DNA of 64,000 bases from assembly GCA_963842525.1 (NCBI GenBank), contig CAWJGT010000014.1, forward strand, positions 160,001 through 224,000, written 5' to 3'. Source of the stretch: an uncultured Holophagales bacterium. GTDB lineage: Bacteria; Acidobacteriota; Thermoanaerobaculia; Multivoradales; UBA5704. Position 1 is the first letter of the stretch. Each line of letters opens with the position of its first letter. Positions 19,876-30,921 of the stretch are shown one piece after another. The translations under genes were made by a program, and so were the position numbers. The notes under the pieces were generated by a model. It was not told the origin of the DNA. It searched no databases and saw only the letters and a list, made by a program, of their open reading frames with translations.

Positions 19876-21240
19876 ATGAAAGCGCGAGTCCTCTACCCTG
19901 CCGCCGCAACCCTCCTGCTCGCCGCCGGGCTGCTCCTGCCCGGGATCTTCGCCCAGGAGCCCCCTGCCGAGCCGCCTCCGAGCCAGCCGCCGCAGCCACC
20001 GAATATCACGCTGGAGCTGCGGCCGGGGCAGCGTCCGCCGATCAAGCTCGGCATCCCGCCGTTCCGCGTCGCCGGCACCCTGCCGGGCGATGCCGCGCGG
20101 GCAGCCCGAGAGCTCGAGGAGGTGGTCCGCCAGGACCTCCGGAATTCGGGCTATTTCGACATCCAGGGGCCCGAGGCGTTCCGCTCGCTGCCTCTGACCG
20201 GCGACATCCAGCGCGACCTGGAGCTCTACCGCTCGGCCGGCAGCCAGATCCTGCTGCTCGGCGACCTGCGGGCCGAAGGGGACAAGGTCGTGTTCGAGGG
20301 CCGGCTGTTCGACCTGTCGGGCGGCCAGGCGATCCTCGCCAAACGCTACCGCGGCGCCTTGCCGGTGGCGCGCCGCATCGGCCACACCTTCGCCGACGAG
20401 GTGATCAACTACCTGACCGGCGCCCAGGGGATCTCCCTGTCGAGCCTCGCCTTCACCAGCGACCGCACCGGGCAGAAGGAGATCTTCGTCATGGACTACG
20501 ACGGGCAGAGCCAGCGGCGGATCACCGGCCACCGCTCGACCTCGATGTCGCCGTCCTGGGCGCCGAACGGCGATGCGCTCGCCTACACCTCGTTCTTCAA
20601 CGGCCCGCCGTCGATCTACCTCGCCGAGCTGGCGAGCGGCCGCAAGCGCCCCCTGGTCACCTCGGGCTCGCTCAACACCACGCCGACCTTCTCGCCCGAC
20701 GGCAGCCGCATCGCCTTCGCCCGCTCGGTTGACGGCAACGTCGAGATCTTCACCACCGACAGGAACGGCGGCGGCCTCCGCCGGCTGACCCACTCGAACG
20801 CCATCGACACCAATCCGGCCTGGAGCCCGAAAGGCGGCGAGATCGCCTTCACCTCCAGCCGGGCCGGCAACCCGCACATCTACCTGATGGATTCCGAGGG
20901 GACGAACCAGCGCCGGCTGACCCACGAGGGCACCTACAACGACGGCGCGGCGTGGAGCCCCTCGGGCGACCTGATCGCCTTCACGAGCCGGCGGGACGGC
21001 CGGTTCCAGATCGCCGTCGCCAACGTGGTCACCCTGGCGAGCCGGGTCCTGACCTCCGGGGCCGGCGAGAACGAGTCGCCGACCTTCTCGCCGGACGGCC
21101 GCAAGATCGCCTTCGTGTCGCGCCGCGGGGGCACGAAACAGATCTACGTCATCGACCTGGACGGCGGCAACGCCCGCCAGCTCACCTCCGACGGGAACAA
21201 CGACATGCCGGACTGGTCGCGGCTGGCAGCGGAACGCTAG
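19876..21240 (+). CDS. tolB: TolB beta-propeller
   Basis: PD40 repeats (PSWAPNG, PTFSPDG, PAWSPKG). Confidence 0.95.
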   Translation: MKARVLYPAAATLLLAAGLLLPGIFAQEPPAEPPPSQPPQPPNITLELRPGQRPPIKLGIPPFRVAGTLPGDAARAARELEEVVRQDLRNSGYFDIQGPEAFRSLPLTGDIQRDLELYRSAGSQILLLGDLRAEGDKVVFEGRLFDLSGGQAILAKRYRGALPVARRIGHTFADEVINYLTGAQGISLSSLAFTSDRTGQKEIFVMDYDGQSQRRITGHRSTSMSPSWAPNGDALAYTSFFNGPPSIYLAELASGRKRPLVTSGSLNTTPTFSPDGSRIAFARSVDGNVEIFTTDRNGGGLRRLTHSNAIDTNPAWSPKGGEIAFTSSRAGNPHIYLMDSEGTNQRRLTHEGTYNDGAAWSPSGDLIAFTSRRDGRFQIAVANVVTLASRVLTSGAGENESPTFSPDGRKIAFVSRRGGTKQIYVIDLDGGNARQLTSDGNNDMPDWSRLAAER

Positions 21241-21306
21241 CCATCTATGATAGATTGCAGCTTGAAGAGCCATTTGACACGTCGTATCGGATCGAGGAGA
21301 AAACGC

Positions 21307-21900
21307 ATGAACCGCAAGTGGATAGTCTGGATCGTGGTCCCGGTTCTGTTGACCTTTGTCTATGGGTGCCCCAAGAAGAAGCCGGCAACGACGCAGCCGG
21401 TACTGGACGTGGAGACGACGACGGTGACCCCGCCGCCGCCCACCGAAGAAGTGACGCAGCCGACGGCGCCGACGGCGCCGGTCGACGAGGTGGAGCAGGA
21501 CCTGCTGGCCTCGCAGGATCTGCAGATCGTCAACGAAGAGCTGCGGCGCCGCGGCTTCAGCCCGGACGTCTATTTCAATTACGACGAGGACTCGCTCTCC
21601 GACGACACGCGGGACAAGCTGGCGCGCAACGCCGACCTGCTGAAGAGCAGCCCCCAGCTCGCGATCCTCATCGAGGGGCACGCCGACGAGCGGGGCACCA
21701 ACGAGTACAACCTCGCCCTGGGCGACCGCCGGGCCAACGCCGTCCGCGACTACCTCAGCTCGCTGGGCGTCAATGCCGACCGGCTCCGCACCCTGAGCTA
21801 CGGCGAGGAGCGGCCGGTCTGCACGCAGACCGAGGAGAGCTGCTGGTCACAGAACCGTCGCGCCCACATGATCGTCACCGGACGGTCCAACGTCGGGTGA
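21307..21900 (+). CDS. pal: Peptidoglycan-associated lipoprotein
   Basis: Lipobox YGC; IEGHADERGTNEYNLALGDRRA, SYGEERP, NRRA. Confidence 0.96.
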   Translation: MNRKWIVWIVVPVLLTFVYGCPKKKPATTQPVLDVETTTVTPPPPTEEVTQPTAPTAPVDEVEQDLLASQDLQIVNEELRRRGFSPDVYFNYDEDSLSDDTRDKLARNADLLKSSPQLAILIEGHADERGTNEYNLALGDRRANAVRDYLSSLGVNADRLRTLSYGEERPVCTQTEESCWSQNRRAHMIVTGRSNVG

Positions 21901-21905
21901 CGGCC

Positions 21906-22745
21906 ATGCGCAGGATGCTCAGAACACTCCCTCTGGCCGGATGCCTCGCGGCGGCGCTGATCGCCGCGGGGTGTGTCAGTCCCCAGGACATCGAGGGCAT
22001 CCAGTCGCAGCTCTCGGAGATCCAGCGGCAGATGCTCCAGCTCCAGAGGCAGTCCCCGAGCAAGCAGGAGGTGGAGAGCCTGGAGGCCAACTTCGGCCGC
22101 CAGATGGACTCGCTGCTCAAGACCGAAGCCGACATGCAGGTGAAGCTGCGGGAGCTCTCGAGCCAGATCGACGAGCTGCAGGCCAAGCTGGAAGACACCA
22201 ACTACCGGCTGGCCCAGCTCTCGCAGCAGATCGCCGTCACCAACCAGGAGCTCAAGAGCTTCCGCAGCATGCCGCCTCCCGCTGCGGTGCCCATGGATCC
22301 TTCCGCGGAGCCGCAGAGCCAGCCGCAGACGCCGTCCTCTCCTCCTTCGATCGGGGCGGTCGACCCGCAGGCGCTCTACAACGCCGCCTACAACGACTAC
22401 CTCAAGGGGAGCTACGACCTGGCCCTGCGGGCGTTTCAGGAGTACTTGAACAACTTCCCAGGGACCGACCTCGCCGACAACGCGACCTACTGGATCGGCG
22501 AGTGCTATTACCGGCAGAAGCGGTACCGCCAGGCCGCCGACCAGTTCCAGCAGGTGCTCTCCAAGTACCCGCGGAGCGACAAGTCGGCCAGCGCCCTGCT
22601 CAAGAAGGGGTATGCCTTCCTCGAGCTGGGCGACCGCCCGCAGGGAGTGACGCAGCTCCGGCAGGTGGTCCGCCAGTACCCGACCAGCGACGAGGCGAAC
22701 CTCGCCCGGCAGCGCTTGCGCGAGCTCGGGGTTGACGTCGGCTAG
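21906..22745 (+). CDS. cpoB: CpoB/YbgF coiled-coil and TPR protein
   Basis: Lipobox AAGC, coiled coil, TPR (A.YWIGE.YY); follows pal. Confidence 0.92.
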   Translation: MRRMLRTLPLAGCLAAALIAAGCVSPQDIEGIQSQLSEIQRQMLQLQRQSPSKQEVESLEANFGRQMDSLLKTEADMQVKLRELSSQIDELQAKLEDTNYRLAQLSQQIAVTNQELKSFRSMPPPAAVPMDPSAEPQSQPQTPSSPPSIGAVDPQALYNAAYNDYLKGSYDLALRAFQEYLNNFPGTDLADNATYWIGECYYRQKRYRQAADQFQQVLSKYPRSDKSASALLKKGYAFLELGDRPQGVTQLRQVVRQYPTSDEANLARQRLRELGVDVG

Positions 22746-22827
22746 CCCGGAGTGATATAAACCGCCGTCCCGTCGCACTGCGGTGCGACTTTCTCTTTTA
22801 AAGAGCACTTAGAGAGCACCGACGAAT

Positions 22828-23094
22828 ATGGCCAATACCAAGTCCGCCGAGAAGCGTCACCGCCAGAGCCTCGAGCAGCGGGAGCGCAACCGCGCCTCCC
22901 GTTCGCGCCTGCGCACCGCGATCAAGAAGCTCCGCACCGCCGTCGCCGGCGGGGATGCCGCCGCGGCGCAGCAACTCCTGCCCGAGACGCTGAGCGTCAT
23001 CGACAAGACCGCCCAGAAGGGCGTGATCCACGACAACGCCGCCGCGCGCTACAAGTCCCGCCTGGCCCACCAGGTCGCTTCGCTCCAGGGGTAA
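22828..23094 (+). CDS. rpsT: 30S ribosomal protein S20
   Basis: MANTKSAEKR ... KGVIH.NAAARYKSRL. Confidence 0.97.
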   Translation: MANTKSAEKRHRQSLEQRERNRASRSRLRTAIKKLRTAVAGGDAAAAQQLLPETLSVIDKTAQKGVIHDNAAARYKSRLAHQVASLQG

Positions 23095-23123
23095 AGGGGC
23101 GGTCCCGCAGATCGATGCCGTAG

Positions 23124-23267
23124 GTAAGAAAACGCGGCAGGCCCGTTGGGAAACTCCGACGGCGCGTCGGAGTTTCCGGCAGCCCGTTGGAAAATTCCGG
23201 CGGGCCGTCGGAGTTTCCGGCAGCTCGTCGGAAAACGCGGCGGGCCGTTGGAATTTTCCGACGAGCC
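23124..23267. repeat. Degenerate 20/21-bp tandem, self-complementary repeat
   Basis: CGT(T/C)GG at 23144, 23165, 23185, 23206, 23226 and 23246; includes the hairpin AAACTCCGAC-GGCGC-GTCGGAGTTT. Confidence 0.75.
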
Positions 23268-23883
23268 ACCCATCGAGCGCCGCAGGGCCCGGGAGCCCTT
23301 CGACAAAAACCGTCCGCGTCGAATTTGTCTCGCTACCACATTCTGGGGGAGGTGAAGAAGAGCATCCGGGAGGCCGACAATCTTTTGGGAGATTTATTAA
23401 GTTTTAGTCGTGGATCGAGCACTGCCGCAATTAGAGGCAATCCCCTGAAGAAGTGGAATGAGTTGCTCACCGCAAAGCCGCCAATACTTTGGATTGTCGG
23501 CCCTTCCGGCTACTCAAAGGTGATGACGGTTGCGTATCCGCCGCAGGGCATGGCAACCCTTGTCGACGAGATATCTGAGGTGCTCAAATTCAATGCAGCA
23601 GAACAGATGTAGAGGTTTCTTGGGTAGTCAACAGCCTGCTCGTTCATGGAGCTGCAGAAAGAGCACCCAGATAAATTGGTGCCGGCACCTTCGGCTGTCT
23701 CGGCGGCCTTGACCCAGGTTATGAAGAGGTGTAGAGTGCCGCTAAGCCGAAGAGGATAAGCATCTTGCACGCTCGACACCCTGGGACCGGCCGTGGAGTC
23801 AATCGGCAGGTTGTGTCGCATATGCCTGTCGACGAGGCCTCGGCGAATATGTGTGCTAGAGCTTAGTTCTACTTTGTCAGATT

Positions 23884-24108
23884 GAGCCCCTGGAGGGGGC
23901 GACGGCGTGTAGCCCAGGGCGTGAGCCCTGGGGAAGACGCCCGCCAACCCGACAAGCCCCGGCAGGGGCGACAGCGCGGGCGAGGGGCGCAAGCCCCGCA
24001 GGGCGTGGTGGAAGGTGCCGTCGCCCCGCTGGGGCTTGGGATTGAATTGGGGCCATAGACCCAGGGCTCACGCCCTGGGCTACACGCCGTCGCCCCCTCC
24101 GGGGGCTC
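23884..24108. repeat. REP doublet (inverted pair)
   Basis: GGGGGCGACGGCGTGTAGCCCAGGGCGTGAGCCCTGGG ... CCCAGGGCTCACGCCCTGGGCTACACGCCGTCGCCCCC. Confidence 0.85.
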
Positions 24109-24184
24109 GGAACATCCTCTCTCCGGCAATCTGACAAAGTAGAATTAGCAGCGTCACCAAACCCTCCGCCATCCAACCCAACCA

Positions 24185-24865
24185 ATGGAAAAACACACCA
24201 CACGACTCTGGGCCGTCGCGCTCGCACTGGCAGTTTGCTGGTGGCTTACCACTGGATGCCATACTGCTTCTCTTCAGCCCTCGGAGACGGTCGCGGATTC
24301 CATCAGTGGGTTTTCCGGCGAACAGGGAGCCAACGGTTGGTCATACGGATATTGGGACCGCACCGCCGATACCGACCAGAGCTATAGCCAGACAACAGAC
24401 TTTCAGTTGCTCAGGCACTTTGGCAACGACCCGATCAATCAAGTGAGCAATCACCCTGACTTCACCACTGGCAAACTGTGGACTCTACAGGACGGCCTCT
24501 ACTATACGGCCCTCTGGGCAGAGGGCGGCAGCGCCAACGGCACTACGATGGGGGCGCCACAGGCCAAGGTCGAGCACTGGGCGGTACGTCGCTGGGTCAG
24601 CACGGTCAATGGCCCCGTCACCATCAGCGGGCACGCTGCCAAGATCCTGAATTGGGGAGATGTAGATAGTGGCCAGGCGCGCATTGTCGTGGACGGTGCG
24701 ACGGTATTTTCCGCCGCCACCCACGGGCGCAGCACGAATTATTCAGTCAACGCCACGGTCCACATCGGCTCGCTGGTCGATTTCCTCATTACTGCAGGCC
24801 CGACCGAGACCGGCGGGGCATTCGGTCCTGTCAAGCTCACCGCCACCATACGAACCGCCCCATGA
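24185..24865 (+). CDS. Putative secreted or lipoprotein, beta-rich
   Basis: Signal peptide with possible lipobox TTGC; aromatic, beta-strand-rich body. Confidence 0.7.
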   Translation: MEKHTTRLWAVALALAVCWWLTTGCHTASLQPSETVADSISGFSGEQGANGWSYGYWDRTADTDQSYSQTTDFQLLRHFGNDPINQVSNHPDFTTGKLWTLQDGLYYTALWAEGGSANGTTMGAPQAKVEHWAVRRWVSTVNGPVTISGHAAKILNWGDVDSGQARIVVDGATVFSAATHGRSTNYSVNATVHIGSLVDFLITAGPTETGGAFGPVKLTATIRTAP

Positions 24866-25169
24866 CGCCACCACGGCGATGACGACACCAACGGGACTCC
24901 TCAGCTTCTTCCTCCGCGAGATCGACGCTGAGGAACAACGCAACTTCCCCCGACTGTCGCGCATCCCGGATTCACACGTCGAGAGGCAACTGGCATACTA
25001 CCGCTCGCTACTGCGTGGCGCTGCCGGATCGCATTCGGGCAGAACCGCATAACTGGGAGAGGAAGATCGGGACCATGCCGCGGACGAGCGCGAATGCCCG
25101 AGCCACATCCTCCGAGCCACATCCTTCTTGGCATCTGCGTATACTCTAGCGCGTCTGGAGGAGCATTCG

Positions 25170-25814
25170 ATGCTCAGAGCCCTTGCTGCCTTCGTGTGCG
25201 CTACGGCATGCCTGCTGCCGGCTCCGGCCGCGCAGGCGCAATCGCCAACGCCGCCGCAGATCCGCTTCGAGCCTCAGGCGGTGGTGGCCGAAGGGATCTC
25301 GCCCGGCAACAAGGTCGTCTTCTTCAGCGTCGCCCGGGAAGTCGCCGGCTATGCCACGACGACGGTACATCGCCAGGACGTCCTCTCCGATGCGGAGGGT
25401 ACCGGCATCGTGCGCTTCGAGCTCGACCGCGAAGTGCCTTTCAAATCGGTCTGGTTCGCCGTGGACCTGGACACCGGGCGGTTTGCCGTGGCGGCGCCGG
25501 AAGGCTTTCCGTTGCGCGAGGTGCCCTTCCCGGCTCGGTCCATCCCATCCGCGCTCAACCGGCTCGAGCTCGAACATCCGCTGGTCGAGATCGTGCTCGT
25601 GCGGCCGACCGTGGGGGCCTGGGCGGCGCGGGTTGGCGACGGCGGCGCCTTGGATGACGACGGCCAGGCCGATGGCACGCTCCGGGCCGCCCTTTCGGCC
25701 CTCACGCCCCTCGGCGAGAGCCCGCCTCCGCCCGAACGGCTGAGGCCGAACGATGTCCTGCTGGTCATTGATCCGCAGACCTTGACCTATCTGACCGCGC
25801 GGCTGCCGAGCTGA
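25170..25814 (+). CDS. Secreted hypothetical protein upstream of RHS
   Basis: GGAGGA RBS, Sec signal (AQA), host-like codon usage, 4 bp from the RHS start. Confidence 0.75.
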   Translation: MLRALAAFVCATACLLPAPAAQAQSPTPPQIRFEPQAVVAEGISPGNKVVFFSVAREVAGYATTTVHRQDVLSDAEGTGIVRFELDREVPFKSVWFAVDLDTGRFAVAAPEGFPLREVPFPARSIPSALNRLELEHPLVEIVLVRPTVGAWAARVGDGGALDDDGQADGTLRAALSALTPLGESPPPPERLRPNDVLLVIDPQTLTYLTARLPS

Positions 25815-25818
25815 GGAG

Positions 25819-28800
25819 ATGGATCTGGTGAGCCGGCACTGCTCCCTGGTTCCTGCCGCCCTGGCTTTCGTCCTTGCCGGGGCGCCGCTCCTGGCGGACA
25901 CCTATCCCACACAGCAGCGCGGCTTCGCGCCGGACAAGGTCTTCCAGGTCGGTGACATCGACAATGTCAATGTCTTCAACGGCAACCTGGTGGTGACGCT
26001 CCCTCTCGGCGGCAGCTATCCGGTGGGTGGCGGGCTCTCCTACAACCTGACGCTCGTCTACAACAGCACGGCCTGGGACTATGAATCCGTCGTCTGGGGC
26101 AACGAGGCCCTGACTCAGGCCCTGCCGGACCGGCGGTCCAATGCCGGGCTCGGCTGGCGGCTAGCGCTCGGCGAGCTCCTTGCGCCGGCCGACCCTTCCA
26201 ACGAGTGCGGCCCCTGGTGCTATATCGGCTCCGACGGTGGCGAGCACATTTTCTATCCGACCCTTCACGAAGGAGATGCGGACGATCCCGGAGATTCGGG
26301 GTTGGCCAACCAGAGCGTCACGTACACCCGGGATGGCAGCTACTTGCGGCAAAAGGTGGTCAGCGGCGGCCGCGAGGTGGAATTCCCCGATGGGACCATC
26401 CATCGCTTCAATCTGCTTGGCAAGCTGACCCAGATCAGGGATCGTTTCAATGATTCTCTCAACGTCGACCAGAGCGGCAATCCCTGGGTGCTGACCGATC
26501 AACACCAGCGCACCCACCGGATCACCTTCACCTCCGACCTTTCGGGGACCTACCCCGCGCTGGTGAGCCAGATCGATCTCCAGGCCTTCGGCGGTGCCCG
26601 GGCCATCACCACCTTGCAGTACAGCTATGCGAGCCTGCCGCGGCCTTGCCCGGACAACGATCCGGCGACCTCGGTCAACGTGACCGTGCCGCTGCTGACC
26701 GGCATCACCATGCCGGAGGGGCTGTCCTATGCCATGCCCCTCTCGGACCACTACCTGGATCAGAGCATCCACTGCCGTCTCCCCGGCGTCCTGAAAGGGC
26801 TCCGGCTGCCCACCTTGGGCCGCATCGAGTGGACCTTCGGCCAGTACAGCTTCCCGAGCGAAGATGCGGTGCGCGGCTGGCGCAGCGCCAACGTGGGAGT
26901 GTTCACACGCACGTTGCGCGACGCCAACGGCACGGCTCTCGGCACCTGGACCTACACACCGGCGCTCAATCCGGGCGGCTTCAATGAAGAGCCTTTAGAA
27001 GCGATCCGCACCGTCAAGACACCGCTCGGCGACAAAACCGAGCATTACTTCTCGGTGTCGCTGGAGAGCTCCTTGACCGGCTGGAGCCGGTTGGACTTCG
27101 GCCTGCCGTTTTCGCGTTTCGAGTCGGCCGGAGGATCGCCCGAGCGCTTCCGTTCGAACGAAGGTCTACGACTGTAATAGCGCGGGCAACAACTGCGTGC
27201 TGAAGCGCACGGCCTATGTGGCCTATGAGCGCGACGCCGTGGCGGCCATGGGATCTTCCCTGCAGGACGACAACAACCGCAACCGGCGCCTGGCAGCCTC
27301 CCGCATCGTCTATCATGATGATGGAGACCTCTTTGCGGACGAAGACCTGTCGAATTTCGACGGTCTGGGCCACTACCGGCAGCAGCAGACCGGCGGCAAC
27401 TTCCCGGGCAGCAACGTGCGCACGAGCTTCACCAACTTCAATCCTTCCCCGATGTCGGCGAGCTCGCCCTGGCTGCTCAACACTTTTTCCTTCGACTGGG
27501 AGTCCGAAGGCGGTACTACGATCTATCGCTTTTATTGCTGGGATGCCACGACCGGCGCGCTGCTGCGCAAGCGCGTGCATCAGGCCAACAGCTCCGGCGA
27601 GGGGACCAGCGACGTCGTCGAGGTCTACGGCTACACCTCCGGCAACCTGACCAGCGAATCCTGGTACGGCGGCGACACCCAGGCGGTGAACCTTTCGGGC
27701 ACCAATTTCTGCACCATGGCGCTGCCGGCCACACCGGCCTACCAGATCAATCACACCTATGCTTTTGGGGCACGCGCAACATCCCAGTATGCCGGAACGG
27801 CGTTCAAGACTCTGGATCTGGCCGTCGACGCCAGCACGGGACTGGCAAGGGAGAGCCGGGACACGGCGGGGCTCACGACCACCTACGATTACGATCTCCT
27901 TAGCCGGCTGTTGAGCGTCGATCCGACCGACGATGCAATGACCACCTACACCTGGCGCGTGCCGGTAAACGCAAGCACCCTGGCGCGGGTGACCATTGCA
28001 CGGGTGACCGCGCCGGGAGCCACGGCGCTCGCCGAAAGCCGCATCGATTTCGACGGCCTGGGCCGGCCGGTCAAAGAAGAAAAGCGCATGCCCGACGACT
28101 CCTGGTCGACCCGCACGACCGCCTACAATGCGATGGGCTGGAAGACCTATGTCTCCGAAGCGGGAACGAGCTTTGGCACCGAGTTTCTCAACCACGACCC
28201 GTTCGGCCGGCCGACGGTGATCCGGCCGGCTGACGGTGCGTCACACGAGATCTCGATCAGCTATCAAGGGGTGCGCCACCGCTCGCAGACCACCAAGGTC
28301 GCCACGAGCACAACGTCCGAAACCCCCTCCACGACCCACGAGTCCTACGACCGCCACGGCCGTCTCTACGAAGTGCTCGAGCCCACGGGAGTGACGACCC
28401 GTTACGAATACGACGCCGGCAACCGCCTCTCCAAGGTTTGCCAGGGCTGGACGCCGACCGCCTGCGGCCAGACGCGGCTTTTCACCTATGACAACCGCTA
28501 TCCTGGTGACAGTGATCGTCACTTCGCACTGGATCATCTCGGCACGCCGCGCCTGGTGACCGGTTCCGGGGGAGGTGGCGGTTTCTACACGCTGCCACCC
28601 TGCCGCCTGCTCGACACCCGCAATCAGTCGGCCCCGCTCAGCGCGGGCGAGACGCGAACGGTGCCCATGGCGGGCTCGTGCGGCATCCCGAGCGGCTCCT
28701 CCGCGGTTTCGGTCAACATCACCGTGGTCGACGCCTCGGCGCAGGGGGAAATGACCGCCTTTCCGGCCAACGCCTCCCGGCCAACGGCCTCAGCGATCTC

Positions 28801-29734
28801 GTATCGATCGGTTCTCGCCCGGGCCAACAATGCCATCCTGAAACTGGGAAACGGCGCCCTCGCGTTCTTCTGCAATCAACCCTCGGGCAGCGCTCACCTG
28901 ATCATCGACGTCAACGGCTATTTCATGGAAGGTGGAGCCACTGTCGTTGCCTACCACGCCTACTATCCCTTCGGGGAAGAGCTCACCTCACCGACGCAGG
29001 ATGTTGAGAGTAGGAAGTTCACTGGCCACGAAAGGGATTTCGCCAATCCGACTAGCGTGGCTGATGACTTGGATTACATGCACCAGCGATTCTGCTCACC
29101 TCTTACAGGGCGTTTCCTCAGCACCGACCTCGCAGAAGGGAAGCCAAAAAGTCCACAGAGCTGGAACCGCTACGCCTACGCGTTGGGCAATCCACTGAAG
29201 TACATCGATCCAGATGGCATGGCTGCTGCCTGTCCCAAAGAAGGCTGTCCTGACTGGCTTACGCCTACAACCTTCTGGCAGAAACTAAAGAAGGGCCTTC
29301 ACGAGGCTTCATTTTTGCCCGGACCATCGGCGATGGCAGTTGGGCCGCGAGTGGCTGGTCCTCTCCTCTCACGGGTCGGCCAGTTGTTCTCGCGAGCCTT
29401 TGGTTTCGGTTCGGCAGTCTCCGAAGGGTCCGTACTCGGACGTAGCGTGGTTACTCGTGACACGCTCTCGCACGCGCTTCAGGCCAACAAGATTAATCAT
29501 ATATTCGGCCGTGCTGAACATGGCTTGACTAGCCTCGTCGAAAGGTTTGGAAGCCAAGAGGGAGTGACTCGTGAAGTCGTTGGAGCCTTGAGTAAACTTG
29601 GTGCCATCGCTTTAGATAGCAAGGGATTGTTCTCGGCAGTCGTCAAGATAGGCGATCAAACCGTGAAGGTTGAAGGTGCCATCGTTAACGGTGTCTTGAA
29701 GATAGGGACCTTCTATGTGCCACTGACGCTCTAG
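25819..29734 (+). CDS. RHS/YD-repeat polymorphic toxin with Sec signal; +1 frameshift at about 27157 (pseudogene or sequencing error)
   Basis: VNVFNGNL N-terminus, YD repeats, DHLGTPR, YYPFGEE, KFTGHERD, PQSWNRYAYALGNPLKYIDPDG, then a lower-GC C-terminal tip. Confidence 0.9.
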
Positions 29735-29748
29735 TTGTGGAGTTTCCA

Positions 29749-30375
29749 ATGACTGGCCATGCTACTCCCGAAGTGCTAACTAAGATTGCTGAGCTTGAAA
29801 GCCAGCTTCGCGCGAGAAGAAGCTCGCCACAAGAAGATTTGGAGCTCGCACTCTACTACCTTGAACCATGCCATTCTGGTACTCAAGCTATGGAGCTCCT
29901 GCGAAACCTCGTTCGAGAACCAGAAGAACCCACGGCGCGTGTTTGGCTGGCTTACTGTGCCTTGCATTACACTATGGACCTTGAGTCACTAAAGCTTGCC
30001 AGGGCTCTCCTCCAGGAACGCATTGGTTCAAATGGACCTGTTGGGGCTGCAGCCTCGCTGCTCTTGCCCCAAGTGGAAAGGGAACTTGGAGTTGCTTCGC
30101 TGTCTCGAGAGATCGAACTGCTTGCGTGCTCGATCCGCCTTTGTCCTGATTGGGTCTTTAATCACCATTTACTAGCCTTGGCTTACGCGGCTGCCGGCAG
30201 GCGGGCCGAGGCCTTGGAACATCTCGAGAGGGCCACTTGCAACGTGGTTCCCCTGGATTCGGCATGGAGCCACGTGGAGAGGGAGTTCGAGATAGCGATT
30301 ACAGGTCGCGCTTCATATGGAGTGAAACAGCGCCTTGAGCAAGACCTTGAGAAGCTACGTACTGCCGCTTCGTAA
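29749..30375 (+). CDS. Putative immunity protein (helical, TPR-like)
   Basis: Immediately downstream of the RHS tip, with the same lower GC. Confidence 0.7.
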   Translation: MTGHATPEVLTKIAELESQLRARRSSPQEDLELALYYLEPCHSGTQAMELLRNLVREPEEPTARVWLAYCALHYTMDLESLKLARALLQERIGSNGPVGAAASLLLPQVERELGVASLSREIELLACSIRLCPDWVFNHHLLALAYAAAGRRAEALEHLERATCNVVPLDSAWSHVEREFEIAITGRASYGVKQRLEQDLEKLRTAAS

Positions 30376-30393
30376 AGCGACGCGTTCTGCAGC

Positions 30394-30921
30394 CTAGAAC
30401 CCTTCCAGCAGGTCGCTGACCATGGTCTCGGCGAAACGCTCGGCTGCGCGCTCGATCGCTTCGTCCTCTTGGTCGACGTAGCCCGCGCCGGTGGCGTTGA
30501 TCGGATAGGTCTCGCGGAAGGTGTAGTTGTCGTTGCTCCAGATCACCTGGTCGGTGCCCAGGCGTTTGAAGGCGATCTGGGCGGTGATCGCGATCTCGTA
30601 CTCCGTGGCACGCCCGGTGGGGTCGAAGGTCACCGGCGTGGCGCCGAAGCCGACCACGGCTCCGGAGAGCTCGGCATCCGCGCCTTCGGGGCCGGCGACG
30701 ACCGCGAAACGCTGGCGCGTCACCATCTCGTCCGCGATCGCCCGCGTCAGGGCCTGCTCGACCTGGGCTCGCGGGGTGCGGTTGTCCAGCGGGCGGATGT
30801 AGACCTCCCGGATCTCGGCCGGGATGTTGCTCCCCCGTCCCACCAGGGCGTATCCGCAGCCTCCCAGCGAAAGAGAGAGCGCAAGGAGAAGGGTGAGGGT
30901 CGAAATGCGTCGCCAGATCAT
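30394..30921 (-). CDS. lptE: LPS assembly lipoprotein LptE
   Basis: Lipobox GGCGY; directly downstream of leuS. Confidence 0.88.
   Translation of the reverse strand: MIWRRISTLTLLLALSLSLGGCGYALVGRGSNIPAEIREVYIRPLDNRTPRAQVEQALTRAIADEMVTRQRFAVVAGPEGADAELSGAVVGFGATPVTFDPTGRATEYEIAITAQIAFKRLGTDQVIWSNDNYTFRETYPINATGAGYVDQEDEAIERAAERFAETMVSDLLEGF

Noticed and set aside
23340-23880. Lower-GC ORF fragments after rpsT
   Set aside because: No recognisable motif or credible start; possibly decayed foreign DNA.
24879-25052. Short ORF MTTPTGLLSFFLREID
   Set aside because: Probably a gene fragment; cannot be assigned.
27150-27200. Programmed frameshifting in RHS (also cas1 2591, TIR 50778, 47163)
   Set aside because: No slippery sequences. 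Isolated single-base insertions are better explained by sequencing error or decay; needs a read check.
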